Shown: in pieces, positions 1 to 8,994 of the stretch
Position numbering within the stretch: the first letter of the stretch is position 1
How the letters are laid out: the number at the start of each line of letters is the position of its first letter
NCBI GenBank assembly: GCA_964632785.1
Contig: CAZWEU010000004.1
Span: forward strand, 791-64,790
Length of the DNA: 64,000 nucleotides
Source of the DNA: an uncultured Lachnospiraceae bacterium
Lineage (GTDB): Bacteria; Bacillota; Clostridia; Eubacteriales; Eubacteriaceae
Direction: 5' to 3'
The notes under the pieces: generated by a model
What the model saw: the letters and a program-made list of their open reading frames with translations, nothing else
What the model was told of the DNA's origin: nothing
The model's database searches: none
Translations under genes and position numbers: made by a program

Positions 1-609
1 TTTTCCTTTTCGAACCACTAAATGCCTTAAAAAGCCTTGATGGCTGCGCTTATGGAAATAGGTGGCCCCTTGGTCACTAAAAAAAGCAAGCACGCCTTTT
101 TGAATGCGCTTAAAGTCGTCATCGGCAATGGCGCAAGAATCGGTTTTGACAATATTATAAAAACTCCCTTTTTCATGCAGACCCAAGACTAGGGGGCCAT
201 CGATTATTTCATCACCAAAGGAATATTCCATTTTATTACGATAGGCAAATACCTCAGGGCTTTCAACCATGCCATCGTAGATAAAATCGTTAATTCCCGC
301 TTGGTCAAAAAGACCTAAGAGGTAATCTTCCTTAAGCTTCAACTGGTCGCCGTAGGGAAGGTTTTGGTAACTGCATCCCCCACATCTGCCAAAGACCAGG
401 CAGGCCGGCTTTATTTCATCAGGAGATTCTTTGACCACTGACACCAGGCGACCCTCATATTTTTTTCGTTTTTTGACCAGATCAACCCGTAGGACCTGGC
501 CGGGCAGGGCATTTTTAACGACCACTTTTTTATCCTCATACAGGCCCCAAGCCTTGCCCGGAAAAAGATGACCCTCTATTTTAATCTCGACATTTTCGAT
601 CTTCTTCAT
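1..609 (-). CDS. rlmD: 23S rRNA (uracil-5)-methyltransferase RlmD-like, 5' part only (runs off the window)
   Basis: Translated by hand from ATG at 609: MKKIENVEIKIEGHLFPGKAWG... TRAM-like N-terminus, then CLVFGRCGGCSYQ [4Fe-4S] motif; GGGAG SD upstream; not in ORF track. Confidence 0.85.
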   Translation of the reverse strand, partial: MKKIENVEIKIEGHLFPGKAWGLYEDKKVVVKNALPGQVLRVDLVKKRKKYEGRLVSVVKESPDEIKPACLVFGRCGGCSYQNLPYGDQLKLKEDYLLGLFDQAGINDFIYDGMVESPEVFAYRNKMEYSFGDEIIDGPLVLGLHEKGSFYNIVKTDSCAIADDDFKRIQKGVLAFFSDQGATYFHKRSHQGFLRHLVVRKGK

Positions 610-650
610 TTTTTCTCCCTGATACTTTTTTTAATGATACCATATTAAAA

Positions 651-680
651 TACACCCTAAAACCTAACTTTTAGGGTGTA
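651..680 (-). terminator. Intrinsic terminator-like hairpin downstream of trxA
   Basis: TACACCCTAAAA-6nt-TTTTAGGGTGTA perfect inverted repeat. Confidence 0.6.
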
Positions 681-712
681 TAATATTAGGCATTTTTAGG
701 CTTAGTCTCTTT

Positions 713-1033
713 CTAGTTGGAATAATAATCGATTTTTTCCACTAGGGTGGTCTTTGACTTCAGGCCAACGATCGTTTCGACGGGCTCACCATTTTTAAAG
801 ATCTTCATGGTTGGCACACTCATAACCCGAAATTGTTGGGCCAAGCTTTGGTTTTCATCAATATCGACTTTATAAACCGTCGCCTTGTCACCGATTTCCT
901 TGGCGACCTCTTCAAGGACTGGGGCTAGGGCCTTACATGGGCCACACCAGCTTGCAAAAAAATCTACTAAGATCACACCACTTGCCTCTAATACCAAGGC
1001 ATTAAATTCATTTTCATTAATTACTTTTACCAT
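713..1033 (-). CDS. trxA: Thioredoxin
   Basis: WCGPC active site, SVPT cis-Pro loop, 106 aa. Confidence 0.97.
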   Translation of the reverse strand: MVKVINENEFNALVLEASGVILVDFFASWCGPCKALAPVLEEVAKEIGDKATVYKVDIDENQSLAQQFRVMSVPTMKIFKNGEPVETIVGLKSKTTLVEKIDYYSN

Positions 1034-1055
1034 CTTTATCTCCTTCTTTTTTAAT

Positions 1056-1610
1056 TTAGGCCGTCACAATCTTTGCCAAGCGCTGCAATTCTTTTAAGGC
1101 CTCCTGATTATCCAAAGCCGCAAGGGCATCGGTGTGACTAAACTGGACAAAACCGACTTCGTCGCAATTATAATATTTCTTATAAAACTCAAGCGTATTG
1201 GCAACTCCAACAAATTGTTTGCCATAAGCGGGGGCACCACCTAAAGCAATAACCACCAGCTTCTTTTCTTTGATAATCGACCGATCCTTTAAATTATAAA
1301 GGACTTGGGTCCGGTCAATTAAGGCTTTGATCTTTGAGGGGAAGGCACTAAAATAAACCGGGCTGGCCATCACCAGTAGATCACAAGTCTCTAGTTTTTG
1401 ATAAATATCGCCCATATCATCATCTTTAATGACACATTCGTTTTGGTGGTCAATGCAATAATCACAGGCAAGACAATGTTTAATCTTCATTTTATTGACA
1501 TTATAAAGATCGATCCGGTGGTCCCCTTCAATCCGGTCTAAAAAATAATCGAGTGCTTTTTGCGTGTGCTTACCATTGCGATGGCTTCCCATAATCGCTA
1601 CAATTTTCAT
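1056..1610 (-). CDS. Flavodoxin-fold iron-sulfur flavoprotein / NADPH-dependent FMN reductase family
   Basis: [12 protein letters not shown] loop, CLACDYC...C cluster motif, ASPVYF motif. Confidence 0.85.
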   Translation of the reverse strand: MKIVAIMGSHRNGKHTQKALDYFLDRIEGDHRIDLYNVNKMKIKHCLACDYCIDHQNECVIKDDDMGDIYQKLETCDLLVMASPVYFSAFPSKIKALIDRTQVLYNLKDRSIIKEKKLVVIALGGAPAYGKQFVGVANTLEFYKKYYNCDEVGFVQFSHTDALAALDNQEALKELQRLAKIVTA

Positions 1611-1638
1611 CCTTGTCCCCCTTTTATTTTCGTCCTCA

Positions 1639-2127
1639 TTAGGCCACTTGTTTTTCTAAAGCTTGATAAAAGCCTGCTGAACATTGGATCTTAATCGCCC
1701 GGATACCTGTTTGGTCTTGGTAACGAATAAGATACTTCTTTTTATTGTCAACATTTAGAAGGGTAAAATTACCCTGGCTGCCAATGATTTTTTTGGCTTG
1801 GTCCTGGGGCAATAGGTCAATGACCCGGCCAAGGATGACCTCAGCCACCTTTTTTTTCATGAAAAAAAGTTTCCGCTCAATAACAAGGCGGTCATGGGTC
1901 AAGGTCATGTCAAATTTGACGACGGTATAGCGTAATGAGACGATAAATGCCCCAACCATAATCAAGAGGCTGACCACACCGATCATCGTCTTAAGACGAT
2001 AATCGTCAAATTGATTAATCACCTGATTATAGAAGAATGTATAACCGATGATGGCCAATAAGAAAATTGCCATAACGGGTAAACTGACTTGCTTGCTTTC
2101 CAATGTTTCTCGGGCCTTTACTGCCAT
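1639..2127 (-). CDS. Hypothetical membrane protein (two N-terminal TM helices plus small soluble beta-rich domain)
   Basis: 162-aa ORF, GAGGGG SD, two hydrophobic segments. Confidence 0.7.
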   Translation of the reverse strand: MAVKARETLESKQVSLPVMAIFLLAIIGYTFFYNQVINQFDDYRLKTMIGVVSLLIMVGAFIVSLRYTVVKFDMTLTHDRLVIERKLFFMKKKVAEVILGRVIDLLPQDQAKKIIGSQGNFTLLNVDNKKKYLIRYQDQTGIRAIKIQCSAGFYQALEKQVA

Positions 2128-2177
2128 AATACCCCCCTCTTGCTTTCATTGCCTTAATTATACCCCATTTATCCCAT

Positions 2178-2203
2178 AAAAAAAAGAGCCGAAACTCTTT
2201 TTT
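2178..2203 (-). terminator. Terminator downstream of rubredoxin
   Basis: AAAGAG-ccgaaa-CTCTTT flanked by A/T tracts. Confidence 0.6.
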
Positions 2204-2208
2204 ATATC

Positions 2209-2370
2209 CTAGTCTTCGACGGAAAAGTCTTCTTTACCAACACCACAAAGGGGGCAAACCCAATCATCGGGAATATCGTCAAACGCCGTACCTGGGGCAA
2301 TGCCACCATCGGGATCACCAACCTTGGGGTCGTAAACATAACCACAAACATCACAAACATAACTTTTCAT
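2209..2370 (-). CDS. Rubredoxin (53 aa)
   Basis: Hand translation [53 protein letters not shown]; two CxxCG motifs; AGGAGG SD; below ORF-track cutoff. Confidence 0.97.
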   Translation of the reverse strand: MKSYVCDVCGYVYDPKVGDPDGGIAPGTAFDDIPDDWVCPLCGVGKEDFSVED

Positions 2371-2456
2371 TTTTTTCCTCCTTTTTTCTAATACTTGGCA
2401 AGTATCATTGATAAGCTAATGATTACCCCCAAAGCATTTTTACTAACACTGATTAT

Positions 2457-2491
2457 AAAAAAAAGATGCCCATACATGAGGCATCTTTTTT
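2457..2491 (-). terminator. Terminator downstream of ferredoxin
   Basis: AAAAGATGCC-9nt-GGCATCTTTT with flanking A/T tracts. Confidence 0.7.
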
Positions 2492-2500
2492 AAATTATAC

Positions 2501-2668
2501 TTATGCTGGGGCAATCGCATCGACTGGACATTCGTCAACGCAAGCAGCACAATCAATACATAGGTCGCCATCAATTACGTAGATATCACCTTCTGAGATC
2601 GCTTCCACCGGACATGCGTCAATACAAGAACCACAGGCAATACATTCATCTGAAATTTTATGAGCCAT
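2501..2668 (-). CDS. 2[4Fe-4S] clostridial-type ferredoxin (55 aa)
   Basis: Hand translation MAHKISDECIACGSCIDACPVEAISEGDIYVIDGDLCIDCAACVDECPVDAIAPA; two CxxCxxCxxxCP motifs; AGGAGG SD; not in ORF track. Confidence 0.97.
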   Translation of the reverse strand: MAHKISDECIACGSCIDACPVEAISEGDIYVIDGDLCIDCAACVDECPVDAIAPA

Positions 2669-2728
2669 TTAATGTTCCTCCTTTATTCATTTACTTCTAA
2701 AATCATTATATCAATTTTCAAATTAAAA

Positions 2729-3598
2729 TCAAGATGATTCTTTTGTTTTTTTCGGTTTTTTCGGTTTTTCTTTTGGTTTTAGCCTGTTTTTGACTTGGAT
2801 TTCTTCAACCTTATAACCTTTTACCTCGGTCTCATCTTGACTAAGCTGGATTCTAACAAAGACCGTTTCTTCCAAGATACTTAATTTTAAAACTTTTCCT
2901 TCCCCATCTTTAGTCTTCACCATTTGCCCAACTTTCGGCATTTTTTTAGTGATGCTTTCGTAAAATTCTTGTTCATAGGTTAGGCAACATAATAATCGGC
3001 CACAAACACCGGAAATCTTAGTCGAATTGAGGGATAAATTTTGCTCCTTGGCCATCTTAATCGATACTGGCGAAAAATCCCCTAGCCATTGGGCACAACA
3101 GGTCGTTCGCCCACAAATCCCCAGACCTTTAAAGAGTTTTGCTTCATCGCGCACACCAATTTGCCGCAATTCAATCCTCAACTTAAAAACCGAGGCTAGG
3201 TCTTTGACCAGCTCCCTAAAATCAACCCGGCCATCAGCCGTAAAATAAAAAATCGCTTTTTTCTGGTCAAAGGTATATTCCACATCAATCAGCTTCATTT
3301 GCAGTTGATGCTTCTTGGTTTTTTCAATAAATATCGCTTTGGCTTCGGCTTCTTTTCCCTTTAATCGCTGGTATTCCAAGGTATCTTCGGGCCTTGCCTT
3401 GCGGATTACCGGCTTAACCTGGGCCACCATTTCTTCTTCTTTTATCTCCCGAGTGGTCAGAGCAATTTCTCCATATTCAATTCCCCTTACCGTTTCCACG
3501 ATGACCGGATCAAATTGTTCAAAGTCAATGTCGAGGGGATCAAAATAATAGATCTTCCCGACTTTTTTAAATCGTACTCCGACGACTGATTTTCCCAT
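2729..3598 (-). CDS. yaaT: PSP1-domain protein YaaT/RicT
   Basis: GVRFKKVGKIYYF start, ADGRVDFRELVKDLA, CGRTTCC and CGRLLCCL; follows holB. Confidence 0.93.
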   Translation of the reverse strand: MGKSVVGVRFKKVGKIYYFDPLDIDFEQFDPVIVETVRGIEYGEIALTTREIKEEEMVAQVKPVIRKARPEDTLEYQRLKGKEAEAKAIFIEKTKKHQLQMKLIDVEYTFDQKKAIFYFTADGRVDFRELVKDLASVFKLRIELRQIGVRDEAKLFKGLGICGRTTCCAQWLGDFSPVSIKMAKEQNLSLNSTKISGVCGRLLCCLTYEQEFYESITKKMPKVGQMVKTKDGEGKVLKLSILEETVFVRIQLSQDETEVKGYKVEEIQVKNRLKPKEKPKKPKKTKESS

Positions 3599-4572
3599 TA
3601 TAGTTTGTCCTTTCTGGCGATCTTAATTAAGCATTTTTCCCATTGTAGTCTTAAGTTAACATTATAATGCAAATTTTCCATCATTTCAAATAGTCTTTGG
3701 ATTATTTCATCGATTTCATCAATTGTTAAAATCTTACTAAAGGCCTGATGGGCCTTGATTACGTCTTTTTGATCGGCCAAGGGGTGACCGCCAGCAAGCA
3801 GGCTGACCTCATATAGAAAATGAATCAAGAAGGTCAAGGTCTCAAGGCTTTTTTGCTTATGGCCGGCCAGGCGCTCAGCCAGGGGAAAAATAACCAGCTC
3901 TTTTCCTTGCAAAACTTGGTAAAAATCTCTTAATACCTGTGTCTGTTCTTCCTTGATCTCCGGATGGTCTAAGAGATAAAGGGCTTGGCCGACTGATCCG
4001 CCGGCATCGCCGAGGACCTCTTTAATTTGTCCGGCCGCAAAGCGATCCTCTAGGGCCTTGACCATCTCCGCCGGTCTTAGGGGCAGAAAGTGATAGGCTT
4101 GGCAACGGGAAACAACCGTGGCTAAAAGGCCCTTGGCTTGGTCGGTGATCAGGATAAAAATGTTTTGCCGCAAGGGTTCTTCAAGCGATTTTAGCAGGCT
4201 ATTTTGGGCCTCAGTAGTCATCTTATCCGCCTCTTTTATTATGATGATGCGCTTTTCTCCCGAATAAGGAATGACCCCCAGACCATTGATCATCTGTCGA
4301 ATCTGCTTAATCTTAATGGTGACCTCATCTTTTCTTGGCCCAACCACCACGAGGTCAGGATAAGTTTCTAAGCTGATTTGCTTGCAGGCAAAGCAGTGGC
4401 CACAGGGTTTGTCCTTGCCGACACAAAGAATCATGGCGGCAAAATAGAGGGCTGTTTTCTTTTTACCGACGCCCGCAAGGCCGGAAAATAAATAAGCGTG
4501 AGAGACTTCTTTTTGCCTGACTTGCCCCTCTAGCTGGTCAATAATTTTTACATGTCCAACAATCTTTTCCAT
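3598..4572 (-). CDS. holB: DNA polymerase III delta' subunit
   Basis: HAYLFSG..GVGK, CxxxxxPCGHCFAC zinc motif, AQNSLLKSLEEP, SRC motif. Confidence 0.93.
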   Translation of the reverse strand: MEKIVGHVKIIDQLEGQVRQKEVSHAYLFSGLAGVGKKKTALYFAAMILCVGKDKPCGHCFACKQISLETYPDLVVVGPRKDEVTIKIKQIRQMINGLGVIPYSGEKRIIIIKEADKMTTEAQNSLLKSLEEPLRQNIFILITDQAKGLLATVVSRCQAYHFLPLRPAEMVKALEDRFAAGQIKEVLGDAGGSVGQALYLLDHPEIKEEQTQVLRDFYQVLQGKELVIFPLAERLAGHKQKSLETLTFLIHFLYEVSLLAGGHPLADQKDVIKAHQAFSKILTIDEIDEIIQRLFEMMENLHYNVNLRLQWEKCLIKIARKDKL

Positions 4573-4587
4573 CGTCCTTACCTTTTT

Positions 4588-4881
4588 CTAGTTGGGTTTT
4601 CGATAATCTTCTTCGCCGGCCAATAATTCCTCATCGAGCTCCGCCTTAAAGGCCTGATAATCGAGGGCTTTGACCGCTTGATTATGGCAACTTTTTTTTA
4701 CATGAATTTCAATGTGGAGGGGGTCATACTTGCCCATAAATAAGGACTGGAGGGGCCCACTGCCAAAACCTTTTTCAATGATCATGATGTCAATGCCATA
4801 GGCTTTTAAATAATCCCTGACTTGCCTAACATCCGCTTGGTCATCGGCCATTCTTAAATAGGTATATTGGTCTCTTAACAT
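4588..4881 (-). CDS. Small protein resembling DUF2007 (putative PII-like signal-transducing domain)
   Basis: Likely start ATG 4881 just after tmk stop; pattern 'VRDYLKAYGIDIMI...IEIHVKK...AVKAL'. Confidence 0.5.
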   Translation of the reverse strand: MLRDQYTYLRMADDQADVRQVRDYLKAYGIDIMIIEKGFGSGPLQSLFMGKYDPLHIEIHVKKSCHNQAVKALDYQAFKAELDEELLAGEEDYRKPN

Positions 4882-4885
4882 CAGG

Positions 4886-5569
4886 TCACACCCTTTCAAA
4901 ATACTCCCAGATCTCCTTGTGGATGGCATCGATGCTTCTTAATTTTCCATCCACAAGACACTTAATTTCCTGCCATCCATAACGATCAACCAGCTCTAAG
5001 GCACTCTCATAGGAATCCCTGAGGTGGTCTTGGTTCTTTTCATGGATGTCTTTCTCATCTTGACCATTTATTTTATTCTTCCGCTCTTTGATTAAACGCT
5101 GGTTTACCTCCGGCGGGACATTGAGAAAAAAGACTTGGTCGGGAATGGGTAGGCCAAAGAGATTAAATTCATAGTCCCATAGCCACTCTAAAAATTTCTT
5201 TTTCTCTTGCCGATCTTTTATTTTCCCCGCCTGGTGGACCATATTTGAGGTGGTATAGCGGTCAGCTAGGACCAGGCCGCCATTTTTTAAAAAGTCTTCA
5301 TAATCTTCCTTATAAGAAGCGTAGCGGTCGGCCGTGTAAAAAGTTGATGCTATATAGGGGCTAATGGCCGCCGGGTCCTCTCCAAAGGCCCCGCTTAGGT
5401 AGAGTTTTACCATGGCTGTCGATTCTTTATCATAACGGGGGTAGGCAATTTTCATCACTTTTTCCCCGGACTCTTTTAAATGCCGGTAGAGTAAATCGGT
5501 TTGGGTTTGTTTGCCGCAGCCGTCAACCCCTTCAATGACAATAAGCTTGCCCCTTTTATTAGTTTCCAT
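4886..5569 (-). CDS. tmk: Thymidylate kinase
   Basis: IEGVDGCGKQT P-loop, LADRY motif; start placed at METNK after GGAGG. Confidence 0.93.
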   Translation of the reverse strand: METNKRGKLIVIEGVDGCGKQTQTDLLYRHLKESGEKVMKIAYPRYDKESTAMVKLYLSGAFGEDPAAISPYIASTFYTADRYASYKEDYEDFLKNGGLVLADRYTTSNMVHQAGKIKDRQEKKKFLEWLWDYEFNLFGLPIPDQVFFLNVPPEVNQRLIKERKNKINGQDEKDIHEKNQDHLRDSYESALELVDRYGWQEIKCLVDGKLRSIDAIHKEIWEYFERV

Positions 5570-6974
5570 TTTCATCCTCCCCAACCACTAAAAGCTGGTT
5601 TTTTTGATCAATTCCGACGACTGTGGCCCCCGACGCCAGCATTTGCTCAAGCCGGCTTAACTTATCTTGTGTTAAGCGACTGCCTGGCAATAAAATGGGA
5701 ATGCCCGGTGGATAGGGGATGATAAAATCACCGACGATCCGATTTTTGGCAGCTGTTAAAGTCATTTTCTCTTTTTTATCCGACCACAAAGCTTGCCAAA
5801 GGGGTAGACCCAGTGTCATGTCCTCTTTAGGCTCTTGCGGGGGGCATGGTTTTTCTCCCCTGGGGCCGAGCTGGCCGTTGAGCCGGTCAATGGCTTGGGT
5901 CAGGTCATCAAGATCCGTTAAAGTCGTCTCAAGGCCGCACATGGCCAAGACACTGTGGTGGTCTGACATCTCGCATTGAATGCCAAAGTCTGTCCGCAGT
6001 CGCCGCTCAAGCTCACTCCCACTAGGGCCATGGCTTAAAAAGAGCCACTTTGTATAATCATAACCGTGGGGGTCTTTCGACCCGTCGTAGAGCTCAATTG
6101 TTTCTTGACCTCTTTTTTTTTTGCAAAATTGCAGGTGGCGCTTCTTGATGGCCTCAAAGACGGCCTGACCTTTTTCCAGGCTGCGATCAACGGCCTCTTC
6201 CACCGACACCATCAAGGGGTAGCTAGGCGATGAGCTTTGCAAGAGGCCGAGAAACAATCTGACCCGGCTCCAGTCAAGCAAAGACCCTTGGCCATGGATT
6301 AGGGAAGTCTGGCCTAGTGACCCGAGGACCTTGTGGGTGCTTTGAATGACTAGGTCAGCCCCCGCTGCAAGGGCGGTCTGAGGAAAAACCGAGCTAAAGT
6401 AAAACTGGGCCCCATGGGCTTCATCAACAATTAAAAACTTCCCCTGGTCATGAAGAAAGGCCGTGATTGCCTGAATATCGCTGACCGTCCCGTAGTAGGT
6501 CGGATTAACCAAGACCATTCCTTTGGCCTGGGGGTATAAACGACAAGCCGTCTCAAGGTCTGAAAGCCTTAATTCTCTGGCAAAGCCCCATTCTTTATCC
6601 AGACTGGGACTGATAAAGCGGCCCTGAATGCGACCCAGGGCTAGGGCGGCAAAGACTGACCGATGGCAATTAAGGGGGACAAGCAGTTCGTCGCCCGGTT
6701 GACAGGCGGCCAGAATAGCGCTTTGAATGCCAGTCGTCGAGCCATTGATTAAGATAGCCGCCTGCTGACTGCCAAAAATAGTCGCCATTTTTTCTTGGAC
6801 CTGACCAATAATGCCATGAGGGTCATGGAGATTATCGGCCCCCGGTATTTCGGTAAGATCTAAATCATAGGCGCTTGTGTTTTTAATTCGCCCCTTATGA
6901 CCCGGCATATGAAAACGACCGGATGAGTCCGGCCTTATTTTTTTTAGGTGATTTTTTAAAATGCTTTTTTCCAT
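5559..6974 (-). CDS. yaaO: Orn/Lys/Arg decarboxylase family PLP enzyme (YaaO-like)
   Basis: FHMPGHKG, DEAHGA, QSTHK PLP lysine, SSSPSY, PYPPGIP; precedes tmk. Confidence 0.9.
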   Translation of the reverse strand: MEKSILKNHLKKIRPDSSGRFHMPGHKGRIKNTSAYDLDLTEIPGADNLHDPHGIIGQVQEKMATIFGSQQAAILINGSTTGIQSAILAACQPGDELLVPLNCHRSVFAALALGRIQGRFISPSLDKEWGFARELRLSDLETACRLYPQAKGMVLVNPTYYGTVSDIQAITAFLHDQGKFLIVDEAHGAQFYFSSVFPQTALAAGADLVIQSTHKVLGSLGQTSLIHGQGSLLDWSRVRLFLGLLQSSSPSYPLMVSVEEAVDRSLEKGQAVFEAIKKRHLQFCKKKRGQETIELYDGSKDPHGYDYTKWLFLSHGPSGSELERRLRTDFGIQCEMSDHHSVLAMCGLETTLTDLDDLTQAIDRLNGQLGPRGEKPCPPQEPKEDMTLGLPLWQALWSDKKEKMTLTAAKNRIVGDFIIPYPPGIPILLPGSRLTQDKLSRLEQMLASGATVVGIDQKNQLLVVGEDENGN

Positions 6975-7086
6975 GGCTCTATTCTAACATAAAGGATCTA
7001 AAAGGTTATCTTTAATTTATAATTCTATTTATCCTTAAGGTTTCGACGGAATATCAAAGGATAAATTTAAGCGCTTAAAAAAAGAA

Positions 7087-7115
7087 TTGCCCTGTCCCTT
7101 TAAAAAGGGTATCAT
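7087..7115 (+). promoter_or_regulatory. Putative sigma-A promoter of the mrp operon
   Basis: TTGCCC-17nt-TATCAT, 40 nt upstream of mrpE ATG. Confidence 0.5.
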
Positions 7116-7155
7116 AAAGGAAAATATTATCTGCCCATTTGGCTTAGGAGTACTT

Positions 7156-7647
7156 ATGAAAAAAATACTATCTTATAGCTATCTGACGCTTTTTTATACG
7201 GGGATCTGGCTTATTTTAAGCGAAGGTGCCAGCCTCTTTAATCTGGTCAGCGGCCTCTTCTTCTCAATCATCGCCATTTTTTTTACCAACCACTATTTAT
7301 TAAAAACCGATTTTCTCCATGCTTATGGACTTAAACCGGTCATCTTTTTTCGCTATGCGGCCTATCTTTTCCTGCAAATCTATTTATCGAGATTTGCCGC
7401 CATTTTAAAAATTATCAAGGGTCAAGATAAGGTCAAGATCATTGCTTATCAAACCTGTATCACCGATGATTTAGCCATCAACCTCTTAGCCAACGCCATC
7501 ACCCTAACACCGGGTACCGTGACCATCGACAAGGAGGGCCGCCAGCTTAAAATCCTCTCCTTTGACGATGAATCCTCTTTTACGGCTAATGCCGGCGGCC
7601 AAGCCTGTTCCAAGTACGAAATGATTTTACGGGGGCTAAGGGGATGA
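7156..7647 (+). CDS. mnhE: Mrp/Mnh Na+/H+ antiporter subunit E (MbhA-like)
   Basis: LANAITLTPGTVTID motif; start moved to ATG 7156 after AGGAG. Confidence 0.9.
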   Translation: MKKILSYSYLTLFYTGIWLILSEGASLFNLVSGLFFSIIAIFFTNHYLLKTDFLHAYGLKPVIFFRYAAYLFLQIYLSRFAAILKIIKGQDKVKIIAYQTCITDDLAINLLANAITLTPGTVTIDKEGRQLKILSFDDESSFTANAGGQACSKYEMILRGLRG

Positions 7648-7907
7648 GTTTTTTAGCCTTGACCCTTCTAATTATTAGCCTCTATATCATCATTGTCCTG
7701 ATTCGGGTCATTCGCGGGCCCAGCATCTGGGACCGGCTACTCGGACTTAATGCCATTTCGGCTAAAATTATTATCGCCATCGTCCTCCTTGCCCTTATTT
7801 TAGACAAGTCTTACCTCTTAGATGTGGCCTTGGTCTATTCCCTGCTGGGCTTTATCGGCACCGTTTTTATTGCCCGTTTTATTGAAAAGAAAGGAGATTC
7901 CTCATGA
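7644..7907 (+). CDS. mnhF: Mrp/Mnh subunit F (MbhB-like)
   Basis: RVIRGPSIWDRLL, LDVALVYSLLGFIGTV. Confidence 0.92.
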   Translation: MSFLALTLLIISLYIIIVLIRVIRGPSIWDRLLGLNAISAKIIIAIVLLALILDKSYLLDVALVYSLLGFIGTVFIARFIEKKGDSS

Positions 7908-8202
7908 TCACCGGCCTAGCCTTTTTTTAATCATCATTGCCCTTATTTTTATGTTCTTTGGTCTTCTTGGTTTATTTCGTTTTAGCAATTTTTATTCGCG
8001 GATCCTCATTTCTGCTAAGGTTGAAACTGTCGGTTTCTTAACCATTATGATTGCTTTGATGCTTTTTTCAGGCTTTACTTTTGCCAGCTTAAAGATCTTT
8101 TTGATCCTCCTTCTCATGGTCATCACCAACCCCTTAGCCACCCATGCCATCGCCCGGTCCGCCTATATTAGTGGTTATACGCCACCCGAGGACCAGCCAT
8201 GA
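7904..8202 (+). CDS. mnhG: Mrp/Mnh subunit G (MbhC-like), apparently frameshifted at the T7 run 7922-7928
   Basis: Body frame has GLFRFSNFYSRI and TNPLATHAIARSAY; the SD-backed ATG at 7904 is in another frame and stops at 7930. Confidence 0.8.
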
Positions 8203-8741
8203 TTGAAGCGATCTTTTTAATCGCCTTGGTTATTCTGGCTCTTTTTACCATTAACACTGATAATTTAAGACGAGCGGTTATCTATCTGGGTGTTTTCTCC
8301 CTGCTCAGCTCCTTCCTTTCCCTCCTCTACGGGGCCCCGGATGTGGCCATTGCTGAAGCGATCATTGGCAGCACCATTACCACCGTCTTATATCTGGTTG
8401 CCCTTAAAAAATATCAACACTTTTTAATCTATTATATCGCCGACGATCCCCGTCAAGAGGATGACCTCGCCCTTGAAGAGGCCTTTTTAAAGCAGCTTGA
8501 GGCCTTTCTTCGAAAGCGAAATATGAAGCCTGAATTTGTCTACCCTGATCAATCAATCACCAGCATTCTTGACGCTGCGATCTTTGACTTGGCCCTCCAC
8601 CGCAGCGCTGACCAACTAACTATTTATGGATGCGCCGAAGATTATCAAATGGACGCCGTTGAGGCTTACTTAAGCCAAAGTCCCCAAGATTTCTCAATTC
8701 ATTTCATTCGTTGTCAGGAGGGGCTTGAACATGAAGCGTAA
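8199..8741 (+). CDS. DUF4040/MbhD-like Mrp subunit with soluble C-terminal extension
   Basis: GAPDVAIAEAIIG motif in 3-TM N-terminus. Confidence 0.85.
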   Translation: MIEAIFLIALVILALFTINTDNLRRAVIYLGVFSLLSSFLSLLYGAPDVAIAEAIIGSTITTVLYLVALKKYQHFLIYYIADDPRQEDDLALEEAFLKQLEAFLRKRNMKPEFVYPDQSITSILDAAIFDLALHRSADQLTIYGCAEDYQMDAVEAYLSQSPQDFSIHFIRCQEGLEHEA

Positions 8742-8994
8742 ACTACTTATCTTTGTCCTCATCAGCCTTTTAGCCGGCTTGGTTGTTTTTATCAACCACG
8801 ACCCAACTCATGAAGAGACATCTTTACTGCCTACTTACTACCTTGAGCATTTTAAGGAAGATACCTTTAGCGACAATGCCGTAGCCGCTATTTATCTGAA
8901 TTATCGGGTCTTTGACTCTATTTTTGAAACCCTTATTCTCTTAGTCAGCGTGATGGCGGTCATTCATTTTTCTTGGAGGCATCCCCATGACTAA
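8731..8994 (+). CDS. MbhE-like Mrp subunit (MrpB N-terminal-related)
   Basis: NAVAAIYLNYRVFDSIFETLIL motif; ATG 8731 after GGAGG. Confidence 0.85.
   Translation: MKRKLLIFVLISLLAGLVVFINHDPTHEETSLLPTYYLEHFKEDTFSDNAVAAIYLNYRVFDSIFETLILLVSVMAVIHFSWRHPHD

Noticed and set aside
2503..2700. 65-aa plus-strand ORF
   Set aside because: Antisense shadow of the ferredoxin gene
2698..2712. PerR-like box upstream of ferredoxin (and a similar one at 53729-53743)
   Set aside because: Three mismatches, and the match is largely the -10 hexamer in AT-rich DNA
7000..7090. Possible Na+/Li+ riboswitch upstream of mrp
   Set aside because: Only a loose resemblance, and the best mrp promoter lies downstream of the hairpin; needs an Infernal search
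7822..7903. Track start of the mnhG ORF (MWPWSIPCW...)
   Set aside because: Overlaps mnhF, has no SD and no MrpG-like sequence; explained by the T7 frameshift
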